Source: an uncultured Candidatus Saccharibacteria bacterium
Lineage (GTDB): Bacteria; Patescibacteriota; Minisyncoccia; Phycocordibacterales; DATDWN01
NCBI GenBank assembly: GCA_964468795.1
Contig: CAYXWL010000001.1
Location: forward strand, 147,587 to 211,586
Direction: 5' to 3'
DNA length: 64,000 bases
A program made the translations under genes and the position numbers. A model generated the notes under the pieces. The model was not told the DNA's origin and ran no database searches. It saw nothing but the letters and a program-made list of their open reading frames with translations. Shown here one piece after another: positions 29,097 to 38,631 of the stretch. The first letter of the stretch is position 1; each line of letters starts with the position of its first letter.

Positions 29097-30791
29097 TTAT
29101 TTTTTGAAAATACGCCTATATACCCGCAAAATAACTTCGGGTATCGGGGCTACTGTTACTTTTTCTTTGACATCTTCAAATTCTTCTTCAAAGGTGTCAT
29201 CGCCGAGAGAGAAAATGTAAACACTCCATTTTCCGCCAATTTTGGCGATGTCTTTTTTGAGAGACGAGATAGAACCTTCGTCAAAAAGAATGGCTGTATA
29301 TTGCTTTTCATTCTTGAAAATTTTTATGGCCATGGTTTCCTTCACTTCCTCAAAAGTGTTTTCTCTGACACAGAGCATCTCCGTAGCTTCTCTGGTTAGA
29401 GTCTCCTTGTTTTTATCGTTTGGCTCGGCTTCTACGAAAGCCGTGCGGAAGTATTTCAAATTGCTAGGTATGCCAGTTATATCTTTGTAATCTTTATGAC
29501 CAGCGATAACAGATTTAATTCGTGGATAGCATACTTCTGTTGCGATGCCATTTTCATTGTTGGTGCAGAGAATAAATTGGCGTAATCCGTTATCTCTTTT
29601 ATTTAGCAGTGAGACAGCGTGTCCAGTAGTTCCACTTCCAGCAAAAAAGTCCAAAATCACCGCATCCTTTTTATCTTTAGCTGTGGCTAATAGACATTCT
29701 TCAACCGCATATAATGACTTTGGGAAAGGAAACATTGTGCCAGTCAGCCCATTAACCATCTTTGAACCATACTCGTTTGCATCATATTTAGGTCCAACCC
29801 AAACAGTCTTATATGGAGCCTCATCTTTGGAGCGATATATTTCAAACCTGCCTTTAGAAGTCTTCTTTATGTGCAACTCTGAAATTATTTCTTCAACAGT
29901 ATTTCTTGAATAAGACCATTTCCTTTCAATACTGTTTATGTCTATAGGCCAAACCTCAAATACACCCTTTTTTATTTCAGTAGTTTGTTTTTTGGGATGA
30001 AATTTCTCATCTGCCACTTCGCCTACACCAATAATTTTTTCGCCAGATACTATAAATGGGTAAAAACAGGTTTTTGCTGTATGACGAGGGGAATTGCTTC
30101 CGTCAACTCTGAAATTTCTCACCAGAGTTTCTTCACGAAGTGCATTACTTATATATTTTTCCTTGGCATCTGGATAAACAAAAACAGCATACTCGTGATT
30201 ATATGAAAAATTTTTACCCTGAACTCCTCGGGGATTGTGAACCACTGAAATTGAATCAACTTTTTTGCCTACAAAAATTTGTTTAAGCAGGAGTACCAGA
30301 TTAGCGTGTTCGTTTTCATCAATGGCACAAATCAGACAACCATTCTTTTTCAAAAGATTTTTCGCAAGGACCAATCTTCTCTCCATCATGCTCAACCATT
30401 TGCTATGTCTGTATGAGTCATCTTTATCTACATAATTATTGTTATATTTCCAATTTTTTGCTCCCGTATTGTAAGGCGGGTCAATATAAATAACATCAAT
30501 CTTGCCTTTATGTGTGTAGTTTAATACAGAAAGAGCGTGGTAATTATCTCCTTCAATAAGTAGGTTTGTGGGGGTATTTTTATTTTTGAAAATATGCTTA
30601 TTTTTTACCTCTTTCAAAACAGGCAATTCAGTATTGCATTGCTCAACAACATCTTCTATCTTTTCCTCCCAAACCAATCCATATTTTTTGCGTTTTCGTA
30701 AACGCTCAATTTCTGCAACAAATTGCTCTTTGGTCCAATTACCATATTTATCTGTTTCCACCACAATAGGTGATTGTAATTTTTCAGGCAT
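29097..30791 (-). CDS. mod: Type III R-M adenine methyltransferase Mod
   Basis: YGLVWE, IEGDN, DPPYNTG, DFFAGSGTT (beta order); 1 nt from res. Confidence 0.9.
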   Translation of the reverse strand: MPEKLQSPIVVETDKYGNWTKEQFVAEIERLRKRKKYGLVWEEKIEDVVEQCNTELPVLKEVKNKHIFKNKNTPTNLLIEGDNYHALSVLNYTHKGKIDVIYIDPPYNTGAKNWKYNNNYVDKDDSYRHSKWLSMMERRLVLAKNLLKKNGCLICAIDENEHANLVLLLKQIFVGKKVDSISVVHNPRGVQGKNFSYNHEYAVFVYPDAKEKYISNALREETLVRNFRVDGSNSPRHTAKTCFYPFIVSGEKIIGVGEVADEKFHPKKQTTEIKKGVFEVWPIDINSIERKWSYSRNTVEEIISELHIKKTSKGRFEIYRSKDEAPYKTVWVGPKYDANEYGSKMVNGLTGTMFPFPKSLYAVEECLLATAKDKKDAVILDFFAGSGTTGHAVSLLNKRDNGLRQFILCTNNENGIATEVCYPRIKSVIAGHKDYKDITGIPSNLKYFRTAFVEAEPNDKNKETLTREATEMLCVRENTFEEVKETMAIKIFKNEKQYTAILFDEGSISSLKKDIAKIGGKWSVYIFSLGDDTFEEEFEDVKEKVTVAPIPEVILRVYRRIFKK

Positions 30792-30794
30792 GAT

Positions 30795-30864
30795 GACTAT
30801 GAGTACCTACACCACATAATGTATCACAAAAATAGTGGTACTCATAGTCCGTCGCCTTATAGAC
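30795..30864. promoter_or_regulatory. C-protein operator boxes between divergent mod and C gene
   Basis: TACTCATAGTC-CGTC-GCCTTATAGAC (30839-30864); 13-bp inverted copy GACTATGAGTACC (30795-30807) next to the mod start. Confidence 0.7.
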
Positions 30865-30886
30865 ATCAGACCTCTAGGCTTAAGGC

Positions 30887-31108
30887 ATGAGCAAGAGTAG
30901 CCCCATTTTAAAGAAATTTGGAAAGCGAGTAATAGAACTCCGCTTACAAAAAGGCTTCACTTCCCAAATTGCTTTAGCTAATAAAGCCAATATGGACCGA
31001 ACCTATATTGGTGGCATTGAGCGAGGTGAAAGGAATATCTCCTTGGTTAATATTGAAAAGCTGGCAAAGACGCTTGGTATCAGTTTGGAAGAATTGTTCA
31101 GACTCTAA
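30887..31108 (+). CDS. XRE-family R-M controller (C) protein
   Basis: SQIALA...DRTYIGGIERGERNISLVNIEKLA. Confidence 0.88.
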   Translation: MSKSSPILKKFGKRVIELRLQKGFTSQIALANKANMDRTYIGGIERGERNISLVNIEKLAKTLGISLEELFRL

Positions 31109-31139
31109 ACAAGGTGTATTCTTAAGTGAAAAGAACGCC

Positions 31140-32354
31140 ATGATTTCTAGCAATCTAGAACGCCATTTTCATAGCTTTATTGAGGAGACAAATCTTCTTA
31201 ATTTTTCTAAAGGTTTAGCCGAATATTTGGAGTATGTATTCAGTGTGCCAGAACTAAAAAATGTTTTTTCACAACAGCTCGGGGAAAGAAATGCTGATTA
31301 TGCAAAATTGAATGAGCTTGCTGAAAAAAATCTTGCTGAAATTAAGGAGGCAAAAACAAAACTTATTAAATGTTTAAAAAAGAGAAAAATTTATATTGAT
31401 GACTTGAATCGTATTTTTACTCACCCCCACAACACAGGAAGGAATTTTTTTGAAGAGCTGGATGCTTTTGAAAAAGGAGATGGTTTGTATTCTAGTATGT
31501 CATTGGCTGATGTAATTGATAATTATCTTTTTGATATGGCAGTAAATTTACTCAATGCTGGTTATCAAGAAGATGTTGAGGAATTTTTAGCTAGACCGGA
31601 CGATTATACTGTGAATAAGGTATGTCGTAATGATTATATTATGATTGATGGTCATCCAGGGTCTTTTGTGTTCTCTAGGGCATATTTTGAGCGTCAAAAT
31701 ATGAAAAAGTTTATTGAACAAGGTAGAGTATTAAAAACTTGGGGAGAATTTGAAAAACTTTATCAATTTAGACAAGGATATAAAGAAAGCTTGGGTATAC
31801 ATGACCCTATGAAAGATTGGGAGCATGGCCCGGGAGAATTTGGTATTGATGAGGATTTGATATATATAGCCAGAATCCATAATGAATTGAATAACTTGGT
31901 AAAAAAACATGGACCATTTCCGCGAGAAGATAACCCCTTGGAATATTTGTCGCAGAGTAAATTTGTCCAACCAGTCAAAACGGTTCACAATATTTTGATG
32001 CTTGTCGCATCAAGTAACAAAAAGGAAGAAAAAAATGAATCCGGTCTTTGGATTTCTAAAAATAAGACCACAGGTGAGTATTATTTTGATGATAACAAAA
32101 TCCATTTTCCTAGCCCAAATGCAAAATATGTAAAAATTTTTGAAACCGTGTATGAAATTATCCCGAAAGGTGGTCGCATTTCTTATTCCCAAATTACTAA
32201 ATATAAGAAGTCAGAAGTGCAGAGGGCGTTGACTGGAGAAAATGCCAACTTTTTTCATTATGTTAAATCGGCAAGACGTACTCCCCAGAAAGGCATCCCA
32301 CTTTTTCATGCATCAAGCGACGGAAAAGAGCTGATTTTCAATAATCAGCGTTAA
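31140..32354 (+). CDS. Hypothetical protein, possible C-terminal winged-helix
   Basis: Long ORF in island; no recognisable catalytic motif. Confidence 0.65.
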   Translation: MISSNLERHFHSFIEETNLLNFSKGLAEYLEYVFSVPELKNVFSQQLGERNADYAKLNELAEKNLAEIKEAKTKLIKCLKKRKIYIDDLNRIFTHPHNTGRNFFEELDAFEKGDGLYSSMSLADVIDNYLFDMAVNLLNAGYQEDVEEFLARPDDYTVNKVCRNDYIMIDGHPGSFVFSRAYFERQNMKKFIEQGRVLKTWGEFEKLYQFRQGYKESLGIHDPMKDWEHGPGEFGIDEDLIYIARIHNELNNLVKKHGPFPREDNPLEYLSQSKFVQPVKTVHNILMLVASSNKKEEKNESGLWISKNKTTGEYYFDDNKIHFPSPNAKYVKIFETVYEIIPKGGRISYSQITKYKKSEVQRALTGENANFFHYVKSARRTPQKGIPLFHASSDGKELIFNNQR

Positions 32355-32603
32355 CTCATCTCATCTCGTTTGTGGATTATCTGAAAAATCACCGCTCCAG
32401 TGGTGATTTTTTGGCTACGAATAAAGAAAAAATATTTAAACAGAAGAATCCAGAGAAGTACAGACGACCTATCAGACTTGAAATAATGGCTTTAAGCCAA
32501 GCTTTTCCTTGTACGACTTGGAACGCCCAAAACATGCAAGCCAATTTTTTGCTTGACCTGTCCCAGGCGTTCGGGATGGTTCAAGCAAAAAGCGGGCTTC
32601 ACT

Positions 32604-32780
32604 ATGTTACCAGAAGAAGCCATTAAAGAATTTAAAATTCTTTACAAAAAAGTTTTTGGTATAGAGCTCACAGATAGTGAGGCAATTTTTCGTGCCAATA
32701 ATCTTTTGAGACTCTACAAAGTCATTTACAAGGCATCTCCTGCGAACATGGTCAAAGGAACGCAAAATGGCCAGGTATGA
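32604..32780 (+). CDS. Small mobile-element-associated protein
   Basis: MLPEEAIKEFKILYKKVFGIELTDSEA; overlaps the next gene. Confidence 0.6.
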   Translation: MLPEEAIKEFKILYKKVFGIELTDSEAIFRANNLLRLYKVIYKASPANMVKGTQNGQV

Positions 32781-33177
32781 CCCACGAAAAATTTCTCAAC
32801 ACAAAAGTTACACAATCAAAGAATTGTCAGAGCTTTTGGAAATGAGTGAAAAAACCTGCGGTCGGTGGATTGAGCAGGGGTTGCCGACTGTTCCAGGTAG
32901 CCACAAGCCGATTCTCATACTAGGTGATGATGCAAAAATTTTTATTAGAAACAGGAATATTAAGGTCGTAATTAAGTTAAAACGCCATGAGTTTAATTGT
33001 TTTAAATGTAAGTGCCCGAGACGGGCCAAGAAGGGTTCAATAGGTGTATCCGGGAACATAAAAAGGGGGTTGTGCAGTGTTTGCAACTCAAAAATGTGCA
33101 AGACAATTCACCCTACCAAAAAGGACTATAAGATACCGCCTACTCCTACACAAATGTCCATGTTTAACAATATTTAA
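32767..33177 (+). CDS. Excisionase-like HTH plus zinc-ribbon protein
   Basis: YTIKELSELL..SEKTCGRWIEQGL HTH; CFKC...CSVC. Confidence 0.75.
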   Translation: MARYDPRKISQHKSYTIKELSELLEMSEKTCGRWIEQGLPTVPGSHKPILILGDDAKIFIRNRNIKVVIKLKRHEFNCFKCKCPRRAKKGSIGVSGNIKRGLCSVCNSKMCKTIHPTKKDYKIPPTPTQMSMFNNI

Positions 33178-33190
33178 TCTTATCACTATA

Positions 33191-34288
33191 ATGACAAATT
33201 TCAGCTACAAAAATGAGCAAATTAAGAGGCAGTTTTTTGAGCATCTAAAAGGGGCCGCTGGCTTCGCCGATGAGTCCATAGATAAGTTTGCGGAAGCGGT
33301 TTATCAATGGCAGATTTTCAGCGGAGATGAGGATTTTGAAACTTTCAATAAAGAGAAGGCATCTAAATTCTGTGAATGGCTCAAAACAAAAGAGGCAAAG
33401 ACCAGTTCTGGCAAGCTGTCTTTGCCAACCCAATATAATTATCTCCGTAGAGTTAAGAAGTTTTTCACTTGGCTTACTGAACAACCAGATTACAGAAAAA
33501 GTATTCGTAAAACAGATGTGGATTTTTTGAGATTATCCAAAAAGGATGCTCGTATTGCTACTTCCGGCACAACAAAAAGGATACCGACTTTTGACGAAGC
33601 TAGAAAGGTAATAGAAAGCATAGAAATTGAAAATGAAATTGACCAACGAGATAGGGCCATCCTTTCCTTTGCCCTTATTACTGGTATGCGTATTTCAGCC
33701 ATTTCAACTTTGAGAATGAAGAATTTTGACAGAGAAAGCGAATTGATTGACCAAAATCCTGGCGATGGAGTGCAGACCAAATATTCAAAAAAGATACTCA
33801 CTACTTTTTTCCCGATAGGATGGGATGGACCAAAAAAATACTTTCTTGAATGGTACGACTATCAACTTGCTCGAGGAGCAAAACCAAATGAACCGATTTT
33901 TCCTTCAACTAAAAAAGGATTTTCAGAAAAAAGTTTTAGCAAGACGCTTGTGAGCGAGGATTTTTGGAGCAGTTCCGGTGGTGCAAGAAAAATCTTTGAG
34001 AAAAGGTGTATAGATGCTGAAGTGCCATATTTTCATCCTCACTCTTTCAGACATTTGATTGTGTCTGTAATGAGCAAGACCAGGTTGACGGAAGAAGAAA
34101 AGAAAGCAGTCAGTATGAATCTTGGCCATGACAATGTGGGCACCACTTTCGGCTCGTATGGCTATGGTGGTATGAGTTTGCATGATGCTGTAAATATCGT
34201 TAAAAAAATCACTTTAAACCAAAATGACGATATTCAGATTTCATCGGACGAAAGAGATGTTTTGCTAAAACTATTGAAGAAATTATGA
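33191..34288 (+). CDS. Tyrosine recombinase/integrase
   Basis: TGMRISAI, QTK, HPHSFRH, NLGH..VGTTFGSY. Confidence 0.88.
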   Translation: MTNFSYKNEQIKRQFFEHLKGAAGFADESIDKFAEAVYQWQIFSGDEDFETFNKEKASKFCEWLKTKEAKTSSGKLSLPTQYNYLRRVKKFFTWLTEQPDYRKSIRKTDVDFLRLSKKDARIATSGTTKRIPTFDEARKVIESIEIENEIDQRDRAILSFALITGMRISAISTLRMKNFDRESELIDQNPGDGVQTKYSKKILTTFFPIGWDGPKKYFLEWYDYQLARGAKPNEPIFPSTKKGFSEKSFSKTLVSEDFWSSSGGARKIFEKRCIDAEVPYFHPHSFRHLIVSVMSKTRLTEEEKKAVSMNLGHDNVGTTFGSYGYGGMSLHDAVNIVKKITLNQNDDIQISSDERDVLLKLLKKL

Positions 34289-34305
34289 TATAATTAAGTA
34301 TCACT

Positions 34306-35925
34306 ATGAACGCCACACCAAAACTCATTTATGGTAATTATTGCAGAAAATCCACGGAGTCGGAAGACCGTCAGATGCTTTCTATTGATTCACAAATTGA
34401 TGAAGGGAAAAAGATTGCTGATACGCTGGGCATAAAAATTGCTCCAAATCATCTCCTCACTGAATCTAAATCAGCTAAAACCACAGGAAAGAGGGCTAAA
34501 TTTGAGGAGATGTTGAGAATGATTGAAAAAGGTGAAATAAACGCCATCATCGCCTGGCATCCAGACAGACTTTCAAGAAATTCCATTGATGCCGCTCGGC
34601 TTATTGAACAGATGGATAAAGGCAACCTTATAGAAATAGTAACTCCCGGCCAGGCCTACAAAAATACTCCGATTGATAAGTTTATGCTCATGCTCCAATG
34701 CAGTCAGGCCAAAATGGAAAATGACAAAAAGGGCGTTGATGTAAGAAGAGGATTGCATAAAAAAGCCAGTCTTGGAAAGTATCCAGGACCGGCCCCTATC
34801 GGCTATAAAAATGATAAATATGCAGAAAAGGGAGATAAGGTTCCTCTGCCGGACGAAGAAAGATTTCCACTTGTCCGAAAAATGGTAGACCTTATTCTCA
34901 CGGGAAATTACACAGTTGCCCAAGTCTGGAGGATGGCAAAAGATGAATGGGGTGTAACTATGCCAAGCGGAAAGAAAATCGGCAGGGCTACTGTTTACAG
35001 AATTTTTTCAAATCCTTTTTATTACGGAAAATATGAGTACCCTCTAAAAAGCGGAAATTGGTATGACGGAGTTCACACCAAATTGATGGAGCCAGAAGAA
35101 TACGACAAAATCCAGTTTCTCCTTGGTAAAAAAGGAAAACCTCGCCCAAAATCTCACATCTTTGATTTTACTGGCATGATGCGATGCGGAGAATGCGGAG
35201 CGGCTATCACTGCCGAGTTGAAAATTAAAAAACAGAAAAACGGCAATATTCATTCCTATATCTATTACCACTGCACCAAACGGGTAAATCCAAATTGCTC
35301 GCAAGGGTCCATAGAAGAAACGGAGTTGAAGAAACAAATCATTAAGGAAATTCAAAGCATAGAAATTCCGTCTGAATTTCACAGCTTTGCTATGAAGTGG
35401 TTCAAAAAAGAAAACGAAAAAGAATCCAAGGAGCAAAACTCAATCGTTGATAGCCAGCAAAGATCATATAAAGCTTGTCTTGCGAAGATTAGTGGTCTTA
35501 CCGATATGAGAGCCGGTGGAGAAATTTCAGCAGACGAATTTGCTGAAAAACGGTCCGTACTTTTGTCTGAAAAGAAAAAACTAGAGGACTTGTTTGCCCA
35601 GACCGGTAAGCGAGTAGACAAATGGGTTGAGACTGGAGACAGGATGTTTGATTTTATTGAGAACGCCAAATTCAAATTTGAAAATGGTCCGATTGAAACA
35701 AGACGGGAGATTCTTTCTACATTAGGTTCGGACCTCATCTTGAAAGACAAAATATTGAGTATTGATATAGACAATTCACTCTTTACATTAAAAAGAGTCT
35801 CAAAAACCTTGCACGGCATAAAGAAACGGTTAGAACCTGTAAAAAATGGCGATAAACAAAAAGAATTTGACCGTTTGTGCAGTCAAAATCTCGTAATGCG
35901 GAGGATAGGAGATTCGAACTCCTGA
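34306..35925 (+). CDS. Large serine recombinase (integrase), 3' end overlaps tRNA-Ser
   Basis: YCRKSTE, DRLSRN, recombinase domain, CGECG/YYHC zinc ribbon, coiled coil. Confidence 0.93.
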   Translation: MNATPKLIYGNYCRKSTESEDRQMLSIDSQIDEGKKIADTLGIKIAPNHLLTESKSAKTTGKRAKFEEMLRMIEKGEINAIIAWHPDRLSRNSIDAARLIEQMDKGNLIEIVTPGQAYKNTPIDKFMLMLQCSQAKMENDKKGVDVRRGLHKKASLGKYPGPAPIGYKNDKYAEKGDKVPLPDEERFPLVRKMVDLILTGNYTVAQVWRMAKDEWGVTMPSGKKIGRATVYRIFSNPFYYGKYEYPLKSGNWYDGVHTKLMEPEEYDKIQFLLGKKGKPRPKSHIFDFTGMMRCGECGAAITAELKIKKQKNGNIHSYIYYHCTKRVNPNCSQGSIEETELKKQIIKEIQSIEIPSEFHSFAMKWFKKENEKESKEQNSIVDSQQRSYKACLAKISGLTDMRAGGEISADEFAEKRSVLLSEKKKLEDLFAQTGKRVDKWVETGDRMFDFIENAKFKFENGPIETRREILSTLGSDLILKDKILSIDIDNSLFTLKRVSKTLHGIKKRLEPVKNGDKQKEFDRLCSQNLVMRRIGDSNS

Positions 35926-35985
35926 AGGGATTGCTCCCTTACCCGCTTTCCAAGCGAGCGCACTAGACCACTATGCGAACCCTCC
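35899..35985 (-). tRNA. tRNA-Ser(GGA), integration target
   Basis: GGAGGGT/ATCCTCC acceptor, TTGGAAA loop, long variable arm, GAGTTCGAATCTC. Confidence 0.93.
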
Positions 35986-36027
35986 GTTTCTATATCATGT
36001 TATAGAAATACAAAATTATTTCAAATA

Positions 36028-36474
36028 CTAATACTCGTCTATCACTATCTTCTTTTGTTTCATCATTACATTCCAACCATTTGGTTTTGCCAAAAGCTCA
36101 CCTAAATTTTTTGGAATTACCTGCCATCTTAGACCGTATTTATCTATACACCATCCGCACTGAACCTCCTTCCCTTCCTTTGTAAAATAATTCCAATAAT
36201 TATCAATCTCATTCTGATCATCGCATTCTATAGTCAAAGCAAAAGCATCGTTAAAGCTGTCATGCGGAATTTCAGTATTCATTATTGAATACTTTTGGCT
36301 AAATATGTGTGCTTCGCATATTTGTGTTTTACCGCTAGGAGTTTCTCCTATATTCTGAACATTTCCTGCAGTAAAAACTTCCCCAAAAACTTCTTTATAA
36401 TACTCAAGAATATTTGAAATATCTCCTCCGTCCACAGAAAACCACAATGATGGAACGATTTTATTTTGATTCAT
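36028..36474 (-). CDS. VOC/PhnB-like (3-dmu-9 3-methyltransferase family) protein
   Basis: KIVPSLWF, DQNEIDNYW, QCGWCIDKYGLRWQV. Confidence 0.85.
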   Translation of the reverse strand: MNQNKIVPSLWFSVDGGDISNILEYYKEVFGEVFTAGNVQNIGETPSGKTQICEAHIFSQKYSIMNTEIPHDSFNDAFALTIECDDQNEIDNYWNYFTKEGKEVQCGWCIDKYGLRWQVIPKNLGELLAKPNGWNVMMKQKKIVIDEY

Positions 36475-36514
36475 ATTGATATTATATTATCACTGATCAT
36501 ACCTCAGACAAAAC

Positions 36515-36542
36515 AAAAGGAGAGTGGCTGTCCCACTCTCCT
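36515..36542 (-). terminator. Terminator after NUDIX gene
   Basis: AGGAGAGTGG-ctgtc-CCACTCTCCT with T run on minus strand. Confidence 0.7.
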
Positions 36543-36555
36543 ACTAAATCTATTT

Positions 36556-37071
36556 CTACTGCGCCAAGATGCCGATCTTCACCTTCCCAACAAGTTCTCT
36601 CTGCCCTGGCCCATATGTAGCCTGAATACTCATTGGATAGACCGAGTAGTATTCGATACTCGAAAGGATCTTTGGCAACCATTCCTTATCTCCAGGCAAA
36701 AGAAGCTCTGGAGGAAATTTGGGAATGTCGCTCCATGAGTACTGCTTGGGATTTGTCATGGTGCTGGTTGGCCTTATCTTGCCGAACCATGCCAATGCAA
36801 GAAGGATGTGAACCTTCCAGGCAGAAGTCGTACCGTCCTGCTCTTGGTTATTGAAAATTCCGCGAGCAACGTACAGAAGATCGTTTGGACGCACTTCTGC
36901 CCCAGCCGTTTCCTCTTTGAACTCTCGACATGTGGCACTAATCGGATTTTCTCCGACCTCCATCTTGCCACCATAGCCGTTGAGCCTACCACTTCCCACC
37001 TTGCCAACTTTCTTGGCAAGCCAGATCTTTTTCTTTACTTTGTCTATCGGAAAAACCAGAACTGCTTCCAT
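36556..37071 (-). CDS. MutT/MTH1-like NUDIX hydrolase
   Basis: NGYGGKMEVGE...CREFKEETAG, D..WLP; GGAGGAGG SD. Confidence 0.8.
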   Translation of the reverse strand: MEAVLVFPIDKVKKKIWLAKKVGKVGSGRLNGYGGKMEVGENPISATCREFKEETAGAEVRPNDLLYVARGIFNNQEQDGTTSAWKVHILLALAWFGKIRPTSTMTNPKQYSWSDIPKFPPELLLPGDKEWLPKILSSIEYYSVYPMSIQATYGPGQRELVGKVKIGILAQ

Positions 37072-37097
37072 ATCTGCCTCCTCCGTAAGATAGACTA

Positions 37098-37694
37098 CTA
37101 TACTAAAATTGAAAATGCTACAACCTTGTTTCTGCCGGAGTTTTTTGCCCTGTACATGGACTCATCTGCATTTTTTATCAATTCATCGTATGAAATATCG
37201 GAGTTAGAGCAGGCCACACCACAGCTCAGAGTAACACGAAGTTCCGGATCAAAATCAAAACTTAGCTCTCCTACTTTTGAGCGGATCTGCTCTGCTTTTT
37301 CTATGGCATCCTTTTCAGTTGCCCCTACAAGCGAAACCACCATCTCCTCTCCTCCCCAGCGAGCAACCGTGTCTCCGTCCCTCACAGAATCTTTTATTGT
37401 TTTTGCAATAGACTTTAATACCAAGTCGCCATTGTCATGGCCGTACGTATCATTTATCTTTTTGAAATGATCTATGTCAATAAATAAAATACTCAAGTTT
37501 ATGAATCCAAACCAGTTCTGCCTGTTGCCCTTTTTTACGCCTTCAATAGCTGAAATGTACGTCTTTGTTTCTTCCTCGAAAAAAGCCCGAGTCTTGAGAT
37601 TTGTCAGCGAATCGTGCACCAAATCTCTTTCAAGTTCTCTGACTCTCTTTTCCAGTTCTGCTATTTTTTCTAAATAAGCTTTTTCGTCTTCCAT
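37098..37694 (-). CDS. Diguanylate cyclase (coiled coil plus GGDEF)
   Basis: DSLT, DIDHFKKINDTYGHDNGD, RDGD I-site, RWGGEEM, AK.SGRN. Confidence 0.88.
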   Translation of the reverse strand: MEDEKAYLEKIAELEKRVRELERDLVHDSLTNLKTRAFFEEETKTYISAIEGVKKGNRQNWFGFINLSILFIDIDHFKKINDTYGHDNGDLVLKSIAKTIKDSVRDGDTVARWGGEEMVVSLVGATEKDAIEKAEQIRSKVGELSFDFDPELRVTLSCGVACSNSDISYDELIKNADESMYRAKNSGRNKVVAFSILV

Positions 37695-37748
37695 TAAATT
37701 ATATTACCACGAAAGTTAAACACTGCAGATAAATCAATTTTGCTTGTT

Positions 37749-38618
37749 TTACCAACTCCCAGATGACCCGCCTCCACCAGAAGAACCACCGCCAAATCCG
37801 CCGAATCCCCCTCCACCTCCGAACCCTCCGCCTCCGCCTCTCATCCACCAAGGATAACTACCAGTAGATCGCATGCGACTGTAAGATTTTGAAACTACAT
37901 AGTCGAGGAATAATCCGAAAACAATCAAGGCAATAATTACAGGAATAGCCAATGCTATGGTAGCAATGAAAAAATGCCAAAGTACGAGACCGAACACTCC
38001 TCCCACCACCCCACCACCCCACCATGATTTAGATTGGGCAAGAATAGTGGTAATAACCTGAATTCCAAAAATAAACATTACAAACAAGACATCCCACGGG
38101 ATACTTTTCCCACTTGTAGAATAGTTTTCAGGCACTATGTCTGTTCCTCCAAGTGCCTCAATCATTTTATCCAGTGCACCGCTTATTCCTCCATAGTAAT
38201 CACCATTTCGAAAAGCTGGTGTTATAACCTCGCTTTGAATGTAAGAAGTTCCAATATCAGTTAGTTTGTCTTCAACTCCATATCCAGTATGAATTCTAGT
38301 TTTTCTGTCTTGCAGAGAAATAAGTAGAAGCGCACCGTTGTCTTTCCCTTTTTTTCCAATACCCCACTGTGTAAATATTTCCTGCGCTACATTTTCTATC
38401 GTATCACCATCGAGCGATGGAATGGTGACTATCGCGATCTCGTTTGTCGTATTTCGCTCATAATTCTCGAGCTTTGTCTCAAGAGATTGCCTTTGCTCTG
38501 CCGTGAGTATTTGAGCATAGTCCTGCACAAAACCTGTCGGACGTGTAGGCACAGTAAAAGCTCCGGCTATTGCTGGAAGAAAGAGGAATGCACTTAAAAT
38601 TGCTAGGAGTTTTTTCAT
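37749..38618 (-). CDS. TPM-domain membrane protein
   Basis: WGIGKKGKDNGALL, TGYGVE, Gly-rich GGGSSGSW tail; next to lemA. Confidence 0.9.
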   Translation of the reverse strand: MKKLLAILSAFLFLPAIAGAFTVPTRPTGFVQDYAQILTAEQRQSLETKLENYERNTTNEIAIVTIPSLDGDTIENVAQEIFTQWGIGKKGKDNGALLLISLQDRKTRIHTGYGVEDKLTDIGTSYIQSEVITPAFRNGDYYGGISGALDKMIEALGGTDIVPENYSTSGKSIPWDVLFVMFIFGIQVITTILAQSKSWWGGGVVGGVFGLVLWHFFIATIALAIPVIIALIVFGLFLDYVVSKSYSRMRSTGSYPWWMRGGGGGFGGGGGFGGFGGGSSGGGGSSGSW

Positions 38619-38631
38619 ATGACTATGAATG

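Larger units (their letters stand above)
21775..35907. mobile_element. Integrative element inserted in tRNA-Ser(GGA) 3' end
   Basis: Direct repeats TGCGGAGGGTA (21775-21785) and TGCGGAGGATA (35897-35907); serine and tyrosine recombinases; R-M cargo. Confidence 0.8.

Noticed and set aside
29097-30791. Phase-variable mod (phasevarion)
   Set aside because: No simple-sequence repeat tract; frame intact
21775-35907. Prophage or ICE
   Set aside because: No structural, terminase, relaxase or T4SS genes
36808-37470. 220-aa plus-strand ORF and the many other antisense ORFs in the track
   Set aside because: Shadows of well-supported opposite-strand genes, with no motifs
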